Below the pieces are notes generated by a model, which was given only the letters and a program-made list of their open reading frames with translations, made no database searches and was not told where the DNA came from. Shown here piece after piece: positions 37,662-50,323 of a stretch of 64,000 bases of DNA (positions within the stretch are counted from its first letter, which is position 1; every line of letters begins with the position of its first letter). The translations under genes and the position numbers were made by a program. Source of the stretch: Hydrolagus affinis (lineage: Eukaryota). The stretch covers positions 1 to 64,000 of the forward strand of contig JAAILG010000047.1 of assembly GCA_012026655.1 (NCBI GenBank). The letters run 5' to 3'.

Positions 37662-40600
37662 GGAAGATGCTTGTTCATCCGCACAGTAGCCATTTTCAGT
37701 GATGATACTCTGCCTAGTCGAAATTGATCTTGACTGGTCCTTTTCAAACGCATTGTGAGGGATGCAGCAAATCATACCCTTCAAGGTTTTCCACATTTCA
37801 CGATCCTTGCGGGAGTAAATGATCGGATTCATCAAGGAGTTAATTAAAGCTAACATAAGGGCCCACTTTTTCATGGATAACAAATCACAGCTTGTGCACT
37901 GAAGCCCATCCAGGAGAATCATCACCAATCCTGGGGTCCAGCAGATAATAAAAGCACCTGGAACAAAAATGAAACAGAAACTCCATAAGACAGGATAAAT
38001 GTGATCCGCTCTCATTAAAAACAACTTGTTATGTGCATATTTTTGCACAATTGCTACCAGAATTCAGGGAAAGGGATTCAGACTGAATCATCCGCATGCC
38101 TACAATTTGCTTCAATCATACTCGGTTAAATCAGAAACATTACATCAACTAAAATGTTACTGTAGCTTAACAAAGCAAATGCCTACAAGAAAGCCTTGTC
38201 ATGTATTCATCCCAGAGCAAATTCACACCTGGTTTACATGGATCACTAAAATCTGCGATCCTTTCACTGTGTCTCTATAGTGGGAAACCCCCAAATCACA
38301 CAGACTATCTTTTAAAGGGCTTTTTGATTCATAAGTAATCAAGATTCTTCAGAATAATTCAAGCAACAAAGACCACACTGTATGACATGTTTCTTCATAA
38401 AACCACACTTGTTGCAACTGGTCTACTACGCCTGACATGAAAGGAATCGATGGAATTACTGGAATCAACAATGTTCCACTTTCTTCCACTGTGCCCCACT
38501 CCCCAAAAATACACGTTTTGTTGCTTTGTCATAGAGAATGAAATAGAAATAGGGTTACTAATCACTAAGAAAGCTCTTCACAAAATCAAATCTATTCAAT
38601 TTGTAAATCAATGAATTTGCTAATCCAGCTTTAAATTGACAGCACAACGCTTGGTTTCTTTTTATCAGTTATCATTCTATTTATTAAAGTAACTGATTTA
38701 CCAAGACATGCGTCATCTAAAGAAACCCTGAATAACTTGATGTGGAAGCAATCTATCTGCTTTGGCTAGAGGAATTCCCCAGGGACTATTAACTCTATGG
38801 TAACCCAACGAACAAAACAAGAAATCATCCCAGCACATGGGAACCATTCACGAAAAGCAGTCATATGCCAATAATGACATCATATGGATACAGATGTACA
38901 AACCTTTCAAAATGGTAATACAAAACAGATCAGCATTTCAATGTTCATTTATTAAAACTACACACTACAGTACTGCGACTACTAGTATTTTATAGAAGGT
39001 AAGATTTAACACTCCATATAAATACAGCTCCCCCATTTTAATGCTGTGTTTATACAGTACTATGCATTACAAACGCTTTTGGTGACAATGGACAATGAAT
39101 TGATGTAATTTTACAGTAATTCATCGAGAAACGTGAGACGTAAATTGGAGTGAGTTTCACCAGATGCCTATGTTTCATACTACCTGGAGTCAGTGTTTTG
39201 AGATCATTGGTATTCACACCTTGGCTTGCGTAGATCCATATTCTTACCCCCAGCCAATACTATATCGAGCACTCCCTGATGAATCAGAAAGCCGTCATTT
39301 TGTGATTCAATAGAGACTTCACGAGGTAGTTTAGGCACATTTACAACCCAAGAACGTTGAGTCATACTGAAATCATAGTTTTTTTTGGATTCTTTCTCTC
39401 CTGAAATCATAACTGATTGCAGGCCGAGTTTTCCAAACTTTAGATTGAGCTGGGAGAAGGATCTTAGAAGAACTTCAATTTATTATCACTGAAAGATAAA
39501 ACCTCAAATGACCTTTTCTGTAATTCTACTTTTTCCCTAGCTTTTGTGCCTTGTGAGGAATGGTGTCCGAAAATCCACGTAATACAGTTTCAACCTTTAC
39601 AAACATTTTAACATTCAAATTGCATTCAGCATAACGTCACTAGGTGGCATGTTTGCTGCAATGACTTTTAGTTTAGACTGGGTGCAATTCCAAAACGTGT
39701 ACATTAATATTCTGACTCATTTTCACAACAAAGTTCTACCTAACATTGCTTCAGCTCCCGATAAAATGCTGCCAATGAGATTATTATTGCCACACTCACT
39801 GGGATGGGGGAAGAGTCATTTTCTCTGGTACAGTATTAATACATGTGCGTTTGGCATAGTACCAAGATTCCAGAAGAATTAATTCCCTGTTCTTCAGAAT
39901 AATGTGTAGCATTATTAACACAATGTGAATGACAACTTGCATTTATATAGTGCCTCTCACGCAAGGTAGCATCGTGGAGAACTTCACAGTGGCGGAGTCT
40001 GACAATAGACATAAGGGACATTGGATTAATACCTTTTCTGTGGGATACACCTCTAACAATACAGAACACTCCCTCCTTACTGCAGTGATCATCCTAGCTT
40101 AAGATCTTGATCAGAACATTGCTTTGTTCCCCATGAGCAAAGCACGATTAAACTGTTCAGAAATTGCTGACTGAAGTAGAGCCCAGCTTTGATGAGGATT
40201 CACATACTGGTTCCAGTTTTTCAAGGTCTCTGTGGTATAACCCTGCCTCTGTTGTGTTTGCCTGCGAGAAAATGAGATCAAACAGACAACTGGTAATTCT
40301 ACTTTCAGAGCCTACAAGCTGCGGATGAAAGTTACAAATGGGAGAAAAGAATAATACGCCTTGCATTTGTAACAGCACCTTATCATGTCGTTGAGACTTG
40401 TCAAAGTATTTCATAGAATATACTGTAAAGTGAATTTGTGTTTTGTGGGCTATACACGGCAGCCAATTGCGCACAGCTGCATACCACAGTGGATTGAGCA
40501 ACTAAATATTTTTTGGGGAGGGTTTACCATCCCGAGGAAGAATGGTCAAAGCAAAATAAGGGGAATGATTGAAAACTGTTGATGAAAAAATCCGCCTGAA

Positions 40601-43600
40601 CATGAATGGTGCTACAGGGGTTCACTAGCTTGCTTTAACATTAAAGCATTACATGTTTCTGGTGCCTCATACAAGTACATTTAATAACAGAAGCTTGTAT
40701 GTGGGAAGCACAAGTGCTGGAATGAATGTGCAATTGGTAGAAGAGAGATAAATGCAACTGCTTGATGCATTGTTACACTCACTGAAGCTCCTATTTGAAA
40801 GTCGTACCACATACTGTATAGTCAAATTCATTTTTATTCAAAACAATTCCTATTTTTTTCCTGTTGAACATTGATAACGTACAATCAGGAACAATGGCCA
40901 TGCCACGACTTTAAAAACTGTACAAAAAATTAAAACACTACCCAACAGGGGACGCCCTTTAAAATAACAATAGTAAATAAATTTATTTCTACTTTTATAG
41001 GACTGATTTAAAATGTTTATTGTTTGGGATGATTTCATTTTTTTAAAAATCATGTGTAGAGCAAGGGTTCTCAAACCATGTCATAGCGAGCCTCCCTAAA
41101 CTGAGAGAAAAAAAAATGGCAGGTACCTTTCTTAAAGAAAAAACGACAGAAGGAAAAATCACATTCTGCCTATATTGCTCCCCCTTTCCACAGGCTACAT
41201 CCTACCCTAACTTCCACCTACAATTATTTCCTTCAGGGAAAAAAAACTCCCTAATCTGCAAACGCATTCGACAAAAATTGCAGAATATCTATCTATCCAT
41301 TCCCCCACATCCGCTGTTGAACAACGGCCTACTTTTGCCTCAGGCAATTTTGCCCATCCCTCCTCATTTAAAACAATGAAAATCCTTACCTGTGAGTGTG
41401 GGAAGTGGCTATTCAACAGGTAAATGCATAGAGCCCCAGGGGGGGGCACGCCCCATAATTTGAGAACTCCTGGCAGAGAATAATGCACCTGCCACACAGT
41501 GTTAGCATTCACAACACCCAGAACAAAACACCCCAGTGCTACAACTCTAACTTTCCCCCCATAAGTTCCCCTTAATACACTCTTGTGCAGAAAATGAAAC
41601 ATTCACCAGACATATTTCTGAAGCTTTTAAAAGATGTTACTTAACTGTGCAACATTTAAGAGCAACTTTGTGGTGCGCAACCACAGCCGTAAACGACCGT
41701 GTTGTTAGCATAGTGTAACTCAGTTACCTGCCACTGTGTTGGGAGGCAACTGAGAGACATTTGGTAATGACCCCTGAGGTGAAATCAGTGGACGAAAGTG
41801 TTTCCTTCAGTTTGTGATTGAAGGACAATACTGCTCCCTTATAAAATGCCACCATTTCACAAATGATATTAAAGCTTTATCCTACTTCAATATATTGCAC
41901 TCTATCCTCCTAGGTCGGTGGGGGCAGAACTCACGCGTTTGGCAAAGGAACCGTCGTCAGAAACAAGCACTCCCAGGAGGGAGTGCGTATTCCATTCTCG
42001 TAAATATCTCGGGAATTGCCATTTTAAGGTGGGTTGCATGGATCTCTGTTTGGTATGGATACTCTTAAGCATAGCATTAGGTTTCCAGTTGTGTCAGATA
42101 CCTGTCTGTCCAAAAATAAAATCAGTGCCCAAATATGTGGTTCCCTTCTCACCTTGGTATTTGCTGCTGCCTCCAGGCGACGTTAGCTGCAAGGCTCCAG
42201 TGTGCTTCAACAGGTCTTATCCCCCATTTAATGTTATGTGTTAAATGGTCATTTGTGGAGCCTTGTAGTTCAGTGGTTAGAGCACTCGCCTCACAAGCGT
42301 GAGACCTGTGTTCGAATCCAGGCAGGTCAGGGTGAAACCTTGGGCAAGTTTCCTTACTCCACACGCCTGATGATAATTCCTCCAAAAAACCACAATAATA
42401 AAATTGGTCATTTCAATCCACGACTGTTTGTGGGACACTGCTGTGTGCAATTGGCTGCCACGTTTCGCCCACAAATATACAGTCAATTCACTTTACAGTA
42501 CATTCTGTGAAATGCCTTGCATCGTCCAGAAGATGTGAAAAAGTGCCATATCAAATGCAAGGATTATTATTATTACATCATGACTTGCTGCCAAAAGATG
42601 CAGAACGTAAATGCCGGTTTCATTCAGTAATGAATCTAAGGTAGGACGTTAAAGCACGGCTCACTTGAATAACTTGATGTTGTGGTGCCTGTATTCCACA
42701 TGGCAGTTTGTGAAAACATTCATGATCACATCACTGCCATGGTCAATTACCCTGTTAAGTAAACATTACTGAAAATTTGCACAATACAACTACTGTTGCT
42801 ATGGAGTTTGCTGCCTGTTGACGAAAACAGGCGGGAGCCCTCATGACTTTGCCTGCAAGATACAATCATGAAAGCTGGTTCAACCCTTCTCGTAGCCTAC
42901 ATTTAAGCCAGTTCTGACCTGCTTACTCCTTTCACAACAGCTTCTCCCATGAACTGTAATTAATCTGGGATTGCCGCACTCGGTGTAAAACAAGAGATTT
43001 AACACAGACGTTTACAACTAAATCGTTAGTTTACTTTTTTTCAGTTTAATGATACACATGTAATATAAATATACTCTGTAGCTCATGTTGATTTTTTTTA
43101 GATTGAGTTTTATGTAGTAATGAATACTTCAGTAGATTTTGTAGCTTTGCTACAAATTATCTTCAAAGATCGGGCTGTATTGGCAGAGAATGAAAAGAGA
43201 CAAGTAAAAGCAAGCTCCAAATTGTTATTTCACAATAGGGGTGGGGAGCAAATCAAATACTTTGAAAAAAGTTAAAGCTGATATCTGAGAATGTTTGAGA
43301 AAGGCACAGCAACAAATTGGACAGAATTAAATTGGGAAATAACCATTTTATTCCCTAATTTTCTGCAGACGTTTGGAGTGAAACCAATGTCCCAAGAAAA
43401 TATATTGTGAAGACCCAGTTAAGCATGTACATTTTTATCAGGTCATTTTTCACAACTTTAAAATATGGATTAGGTCTGCTAAAGAGAGATACAAATCAAT
43501 TTCAGAATATTCAACTGGCTGTAGATGTAATCAGTGGGCGATGAGGAAAGATCAACAATGTATTCTCAGGGGCTGCCAATTTGGTTGAAAAAAATGACTT

Positions 43601-46600
43601 AAAAGTAGTCTCACTTGAATTAATCTACCCACCCGCCCCACCATTGGCAGGCGAGGCTTCAGCCACACTGCTCCTAACCTCTAGAATTCCATCCCCCATT
43701 CCCTCTGCTTTGCCTCCTCCCTAGTCTTCTTCAAGTCCCGCCTCAAGACCCTACTTTTCAAGGGTCCCATTGGTTCACCCCAAATCCCCTTCTTTCCCTC
43801 CATCCTCTTCGATCCTGACCCCAGTTCGGGTCTGAAACATTGACTGTCCAGTGCCTTGGGACGTCCTCCCGATGTGAAAGGCGCTGTACAAGTGTAATTT
43901 TGTTGTTGTTGTTACCAATCTGAGTAAAGAACTCATTTTAAGTTGCAAAAAAAATCAGTCACTGCTTTAATTGTGTGGTAGTCATTAACTCAATTTAGCA
44001 AAAATAAAAGGGAGTAAAGAAAAAGGATAGATTTTTGAATTTTCAGTAGATTTGGCATTAATGAGCAAAGCTATACTGTACAGCATAATGAAAATACTCA
44101 CCTTCCCTTCAACTATCAATAAAAAGCATTTAGAAAAAAAATACTATGTAAACACCCAGCAAGGAACTTGCACACTCTTACAGTTTGGCCGTTTTTAATA
44201 TAGCAACACAGTGGATTCCTGGAAACAGAGCATGTTCATGCTTGTGGCATAGAAATGAGAACATCAACAAGAACACAGTATTTCTATAGCTTTCTGGGTT
44301 CTATCTGACCCCTGCTTTTGCTGTGCTGTGCTCTTTTTCTTTCAACTCAGCCTGGCCCTAATCATCTTCGGCAATGTTACTTGCTTGTATGTGAGCGATA
44401 ATCTGCTCCAAGAGAAAAGGATGGCTTCAAGCCATTCAATGGCAGAAGCTGACATTTTTGGATAAAGCTGAACGGAATTTTAAAAACATTTCTTACATTT
44501 TGTAACAGGAGCACGATACCATGATAAATGGAGTTGTTCTTGCCTATGCAAGTACAAACACATCCATTGGACACAGTGGGAAGGATTATTATCCTGTGAG
44601 CAACAGCATTTGAGCGGATTTATTGCCCTATTGAAAATTGATTTGCGTTATAAATTAACTTTGGCCTGAATGTGCCCTGTTTGAGCTCTCTGCTGCAAGT
44701 TAATCACTTGTGGGAATGCTTCGAGCCAAATTGATTAAGAAACTATCAAACTAAAAACAAAGGATGACTGAAGGTCACTTACCAAAGGGTGCTAATTTGC
44801 AGGTTATCCAGTGGTGGCAATAAGACTTATTGAACAAAGGTTTTAGCGCAATCAACTTGTGAAAACTTTTGCTGACAAATGTTTTCTTGTTTTATGCACC
44901 TTATGCTTTTATGAATCATTCCAACCAATTGTCAGGCAAACACTAAAGTGATGAAAGATCTCGATCCACAAAATAATAAATAGGTAGCAATAATTGGATT
45001 GCAACATATCAAATGTCCTTAAACCTTAGCACCTAACGTTATTTGGAAACTAGTGCAACTCACAACACGTGCTGATGTTGCAATCATAAGACGAACCAGT
45101 TTGAAGGACCTTCCTCAAAGAAAATCTGGAAAAAGTTGCAAGATAACTGTGCAAATAGGACTTCTGGCTTTGACTCATGTTGACTCTTTCCGTAATAATA
45201 AAGAAACAGGAACTCCAGAGAACTGTTGACACTAAACAGGCAAACAATAAACAAATAACATACTCATTTACCCATAGTTAAAAAAGACAGGTCTTAAATG
45301 CAAATTTTGGAATGCATTGCCTGATAAGAGTGGTGGAGGCTGATTCGATAACAACTTTTAAAAGAAAGGTGGATGGTTATTTGGGGAGGACGGGTTTGCA
45401 GAGTTATGGGGAGAGAGCTGGGGAGTGGGATTGACTTTAAATAGTTCTTTTCAAAAAGCCAGCACAGACGCCTTTTGTGCTGTAACATTCTATGATTCTG
45501 TGATTCTATTGCCCATTGAAAGAGGCAAGAAATGGTTCCAAGAGGAGCTTCTGAAGGAAGAAGCATTAATGTGAGAGGGATTAATCTGGAAGCGTACCAG
45601 CAATCTGACCAGTTTGGCTATAGCCCATGAACAGCATCTACCTGCTGATATTCTTGAACTACACAGAGAACAGTAAGTGGGCAACTGAAGTACCACATTG
45701 CAGTACTTACTTGCTAATGTTGCTAGGCAATTGTATGAAGCTAGCCTGGATCTACTCACTCAGTTAAGCAGTGAAGGTTGTTTGGGCACCCTGTCTCTTG
45801 CTATCTTCCGATAATAAATGCAATGGGTTTTTGAGAAGCAACTTTCATGCTTTCCAATTGTTAACACAAAAAGGGAGATGTAACATGGGCAAAAACACAG
45901 CAAGACCACTAGATTAAATTAAACTATGTATGGAAGTGAATATAGAAAGTCACAAGATTCTAAATTCTACAAAGAAAGCCCAGAGTCATAGATGAAATAA
46001 TTCAGCAATCTCACTTTCTAGTATAAACTAACTAAACAGTCAATTCATAGTTTGGGCTCAATGTGCTCAATTGGAATTGGAAAGCACGAAAGTTGCTGTA
46101 GATGCTGAAGAGAATTAATATTGTGGGAATCTGCTTCTGCTTAATTTTCAAGATTCATTTTCTCATTCACATATTAGGGTGACATCTGTGCTGATCGCTA
46201 GTTCAAAAGATGAACCATAATTATTTGAGTGGTAGCTGATACAGTTTAACCTTGAAGTTTTTTTTATTATCAGCTATTACTGTACTTGAAATCTTCACTC
46301 TCCCTTTTTTTTAAACAACCTATTATTTTGCAATTTTCTTTGACTGCCATTTCAACTTTAATTGTCCTTTCTTACTTTATTTATCCCCGATTACGTTATA
46401 TTTTTCTGTTACATTAGCTGTCACTCCCACATATTCTGTACAATATATGTTGCGTTTTTCTAATGTACTTTTACAGCTGTGTTCCACTCTAACTTGAGTT
46501 ACCAATGCAATCCCACATCATGTCTGATTGCCTTCAAGGTATGATTCCTAAAAGGGTAGTGTACTGCAATGGATTGAAGCAAGAATCTACTGTTTGAATG

Positions 46601-49600
46601 TGGTTTTCAATAAAGTTTCTGAGGTGGTCTGATCACTATCTGTGAAATTTCAATGTCATGTCTTTAAAAAAAAGGCTTATAAAAAAACAAACTAAATTTT
46701 TTGGAAAGCTTTAAAAAAAACTAAGTGATACTGCAGTGATTTAAAATCAAATAAAACTTTTAGATTGTACTGTATAAAGTTGCTCCCTTAATTCCTAGAA
46801 ACAATTATGCTTATGTAAAGTGAAAATGTTTGATGAACATGCGTTTTGTGAACATGCAGAAACAATAAAGGACATTAATAACTGTCTTTCATAAGCCAAT
46901 TTTTTTTTTAAATTGCAACATTTTTGCAGAAATTGTTTTAACAGAGTCTTGTCTCTAGGGCAAGATAAAACTCTGCGGACTGCCAAGCATCTTGGAAATT
47001 CTTTGGAACAAGGCATAATCATGACAATTAAGTCCCTATTTGCTGATACACAATTGGAACTCAAGCAGGAATCTCAATTATTTACAGACTTCCTTAGTTT
47101 GCATTGCGTTCAGAGATGAATCTTTTTAATACTGAATTTTTTAAAAAAAAAGCATTTGGGGGCCAAAGAAACAACTTTCGGATTGTAAACATTTCAGGGG
47201 TTGGGATGAGGGAGGGCGCAGAGGTAGCTAGCAGGCCGGCTGAAGACACAGTCGAAAAGGAGGGTCTTGAGATTGGCCTTGAAGGAGGCAAGTAAGGGAG
47301 CAAAGTGGAGGGATTGTGGAATGGAATTCCACTGCAAATACCTATAAGAATGGTACCCCAGCAGAAGGTTGTGCTTTTATAAGATGTAAACAATTGAAAT
47401 GCAAAAAAAGTGGTTTAATAATAACTACCTAGTAAAATGTTTTAAAAGTCAGCAAATACTATAAACAATGAGAATGCATATCTTTCAAGTAAGCAAATTT
47501 ATGATACAGTAAAACGATGGACCTGTTGATGCCAGACTATGTAAACATTGACCTTGAATGATGGCTAAGTTTATTGTCTGAAGGAATTTTTGTGAACTCA
47601 TTGTACTTCGAAACATTTTCTCCTTGACATTGCTCTAATAAGTAACTATGCATCATACCCGTTGCAAAGGATGGAAGGTTGCAATATGTAAACTATATAA
47701 ATTGAGACAAAATATTTTGTTGCTGGATGTGAAATTAAATGAGTGATAAAAACAAAGAAAAATTCAATAGGTTTGCCTGCAAATTGACAAGTTAAATATG
47801 GGAAATCTTAATTCTCGGAGATAAACAAGATATCTTTCTGGATGCTCACTTCACCAGACTTCTCTCACCCCACCACACACATGCACACCACCATCCCATA
47901 GAGCACTCTGTCAATCATTACAATACCAGCAATCTATTTCTGTACCATATGTCATATTTGAAAGACATCATGTTCAGATGGGATATTTGAGAAAAAAAAT
48001 GTTTTGCTTCCTAAACAAGTGGGCCACCAGATTTCACTTGACATGTTCTTCTCCTTTTAAAATACAAATTACTACAGGGTAGCACTGTTGCTTTCAACTT
48101 GCCACTCGCTGATACTTGGGTTCCTTCAACACAATAGGCATATATACACGCACAAAAACTGAAATATTATTTTGCTAAACGCTCAGAGGAGTGTATCTCC
48201 CTATTGGGATAGAGTTAAGACCTTTCCAACAACAGCAAATCATTAATCTTCCTGTGCAGAGTAGTAGAACAAGCACTGCAGAAAGAAGGTTCCTGGGTGT
48301 TTTAGGTTGCATGCAGGTGTCTGTTTAAAAGGATACAATCGAGGGTTTGACCAATTATGGGTGTGTATCTGTATAATGATTTGTGTCATTAAACCAGAAT
48401 ATCACCTGAAATAAAAGACGGTGTTAAAAAGCTAAAGACATCAGTTTTCTAATGATTTCTCAGATTGCTTTGATAGTACTTCTAAATTCTATTAAGGCTA
48501 TTTAATTCTACTTTTCGTTTCCTTTGTAAAAAAAATGCTCTGTAGAAGTATTCTGCTGATAAAGCCCTACTCCGATGCTTACCACTAATATGCCATCTTT
48601 TGATTTTGATGAGCTGGGTGTTTGACACATACGAAAACCTGTCACCGTGCTTAGCCAAGAACATCCAAACCAGACAAGAGTTCTATACATCAGTAAGTTA
48701 CCTACACATGGGGAAATTTCCATGTGTCTTTAATAAAATATTGAATAAAATATAAATTAATAAAAATAGTGTGTGCATTAGAATAGTGCTGGAGTTTAAC
48801 CAGCCCAAACTGTGGATTTTACCATGTACAGTATTCCCATAGCTTCCAGTTTCTTCATGTGGACTTCAATAAGAACTAAAATGAATGCCTTGTGGAAATC
48901 AAAGTGTAAGTGTAATAACAACAACAAATTACATTTGTGTAGCACTTTCCACGTCAGGAAGATGTCCCAAAGCCCTAATATCATTAAGCGCTTTGAGACG
49001 TCGATAAGTCGTGAAAAGCGCTATATAAATGTAAGGATTATTATTATTATATCATGGTACACTCAAGTCATCATCTCACACAATCAGCAATTGCTGGCCA
49101 AACAAGTTGGGATTCCACTTTATTTTTCTTCTCAAAACAATGATTGGAAACAACCAGAAGAGCTGCATGTTCCTACATGCTTAGAGATTAGAGAACAGGT
49201 TTGTTATCTACTTCTCTTTACATAATTTGATTCAATTCTTGGGAAAGACAGACAGACAAAGCACATTCGTTTTAATATACAAAAAGGAAGTAAAATTTTT
49301 ACAATATCACTTTAATTGTGCTTTTTGACAGTTCCCACACCTCCCCTCCCAGCCCCCACACAGTAGGTTAGGTTGTCGGTGAAGTAATTTCAGTAGGTTT
49401 TTGGAGCAGAATGAGCCTGGCCACCACCTTACATGGTGCTCCCTATTATCTTTGTGGAACACTTCAGACATCCTATGTGAAAGACTGTGTGAAAGGTGTT
49501 TTATATATAGGTGTAAATTGCTGTTATTGCATTTCGACAAACACACTCACCCTCCCTTCCAGTAATTAAAATAAATGAACCACTTACCAAGTACAGTCAT

Positions 49601-50323
49601 GATGGTTTTCACCAGCTTCATGGGCATTTTGTTGCGTTTGATGGAACCTGTGGTGTGCGGAGACATGATCTGAGTCTTCTTCTTTACAAACAGATATATT
49701 TGCAAATATATTGCCATGATGATGAAAAACGAGAAGAGGTTGGATACAGCCCAAAATATCAAAAAGCTCCTGCTGTAGACTGGGGCCAGAACCGAGCAGG
49801 TGCTAATGTTACATATGCAATTCCAACCCATACTGGGAATAGAACCCATAACAGCAGCCACTGTCCAAATACCTACAATGAGAAGTGAAACTCTTCGTTT
49901 TGTCAATGTACTGTGCACTTGCATCTTCATGACCGATGTATAGCGTTCAACTGCTATAACCAACAAGTTAGCCACTGATGCAGTCAAACTTGTGTCTAAT
50001 AATCCCTGCCGGAGAAAATAACGGTGCACAGTCAACGTTTTTGCCACTGGTCCCGTATGAAACATCAGATATACGTAAGCGATACCAGCAAAAAAGTCTG
50101 CTGCCGCCAGATTTGCTAGCAGGTAGTAAAAAGGATAATGGAATCGACGGTTTCTGATAACTGCACAAATGACCAGGGCGTTGGACAAAAAAATAAACAG
50201 GCAACACAAAGAGCCGATTACAAAACCAAGAATGAGCGTGTTCTCCCATGACTCTTCAGCAGAATGCCCATTACTGTGGTTGTAGAAAAACTCCATAGAT
50301 TCATTGTAGTAACAGGTTGTCAT
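37659..50323 (-). CDS. LPAR3: Lysophosphatidic acid receptor 3 (EDG7), class A GPCR, 344 aa, two coding exons (50323-49588 and 37957-37659)
   Basis: MTTCYYNESMEFFYN, NRRFHYPFYYLLANLAAADFFAGIAY, RQGLLDTSLTASVANLLVIAVERY, GWNCICNISTCS, MKLVKTIMTVLG|AFIICWTPG, NSLMNPIIYS. The phase-1 intron in TM6 is typical of LPAR1-3, and the gene sits between SSX2IP and MCOLN2. Confidence 0.97.
41062..41472. mobile_element. hAT-Charlie (MER5-like) non-autonomous element
   Basis: Ends CAAGGGTTCTCAAAC ... TTTGAGAACTCCTG; the 8-bp target-site duplication is not cleanly preserved. Confidence 0.5.
42257..42575 (+). mobile_element. Full-length tRNA(Val-like)-headed SINE with an L2-like tail
   Basis: GGAGCCTTGTAGTTCAGTGGTTAGAGCACTCGCCTCACAAGCGTGAGACC..GTTCGAATCC (A and B boxes), Deu-like tgtgggacactgctgtgtgcaattggctgcc, tail caaatgcaaggattattattatta. 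Confidence 0.85.
43625..43913 (+). mobile_element. L2-type LINE 3' fragment
   Basis: ggcttcagccacactgctcctaacctctagaattccatccc...ttcaagtcccgcctcaagacc...gaaaggcgctgtaca..(gtt)n. Confidence 0.7.

Noticed and set aside
42257-42330. tRNA-Val gene (also at 52920 and 31937)
   Set aside because: A and B boxes are present, but there is no proper acceptor stem and the sequence runs directly into the SINE body. These are SINE heads.
49935-49955. LPAR3 has ERY where human has ERH at the end of TM3
   Set aside because: ERY is the general class A consensus, so this is a conservative difference with no clear novelty.
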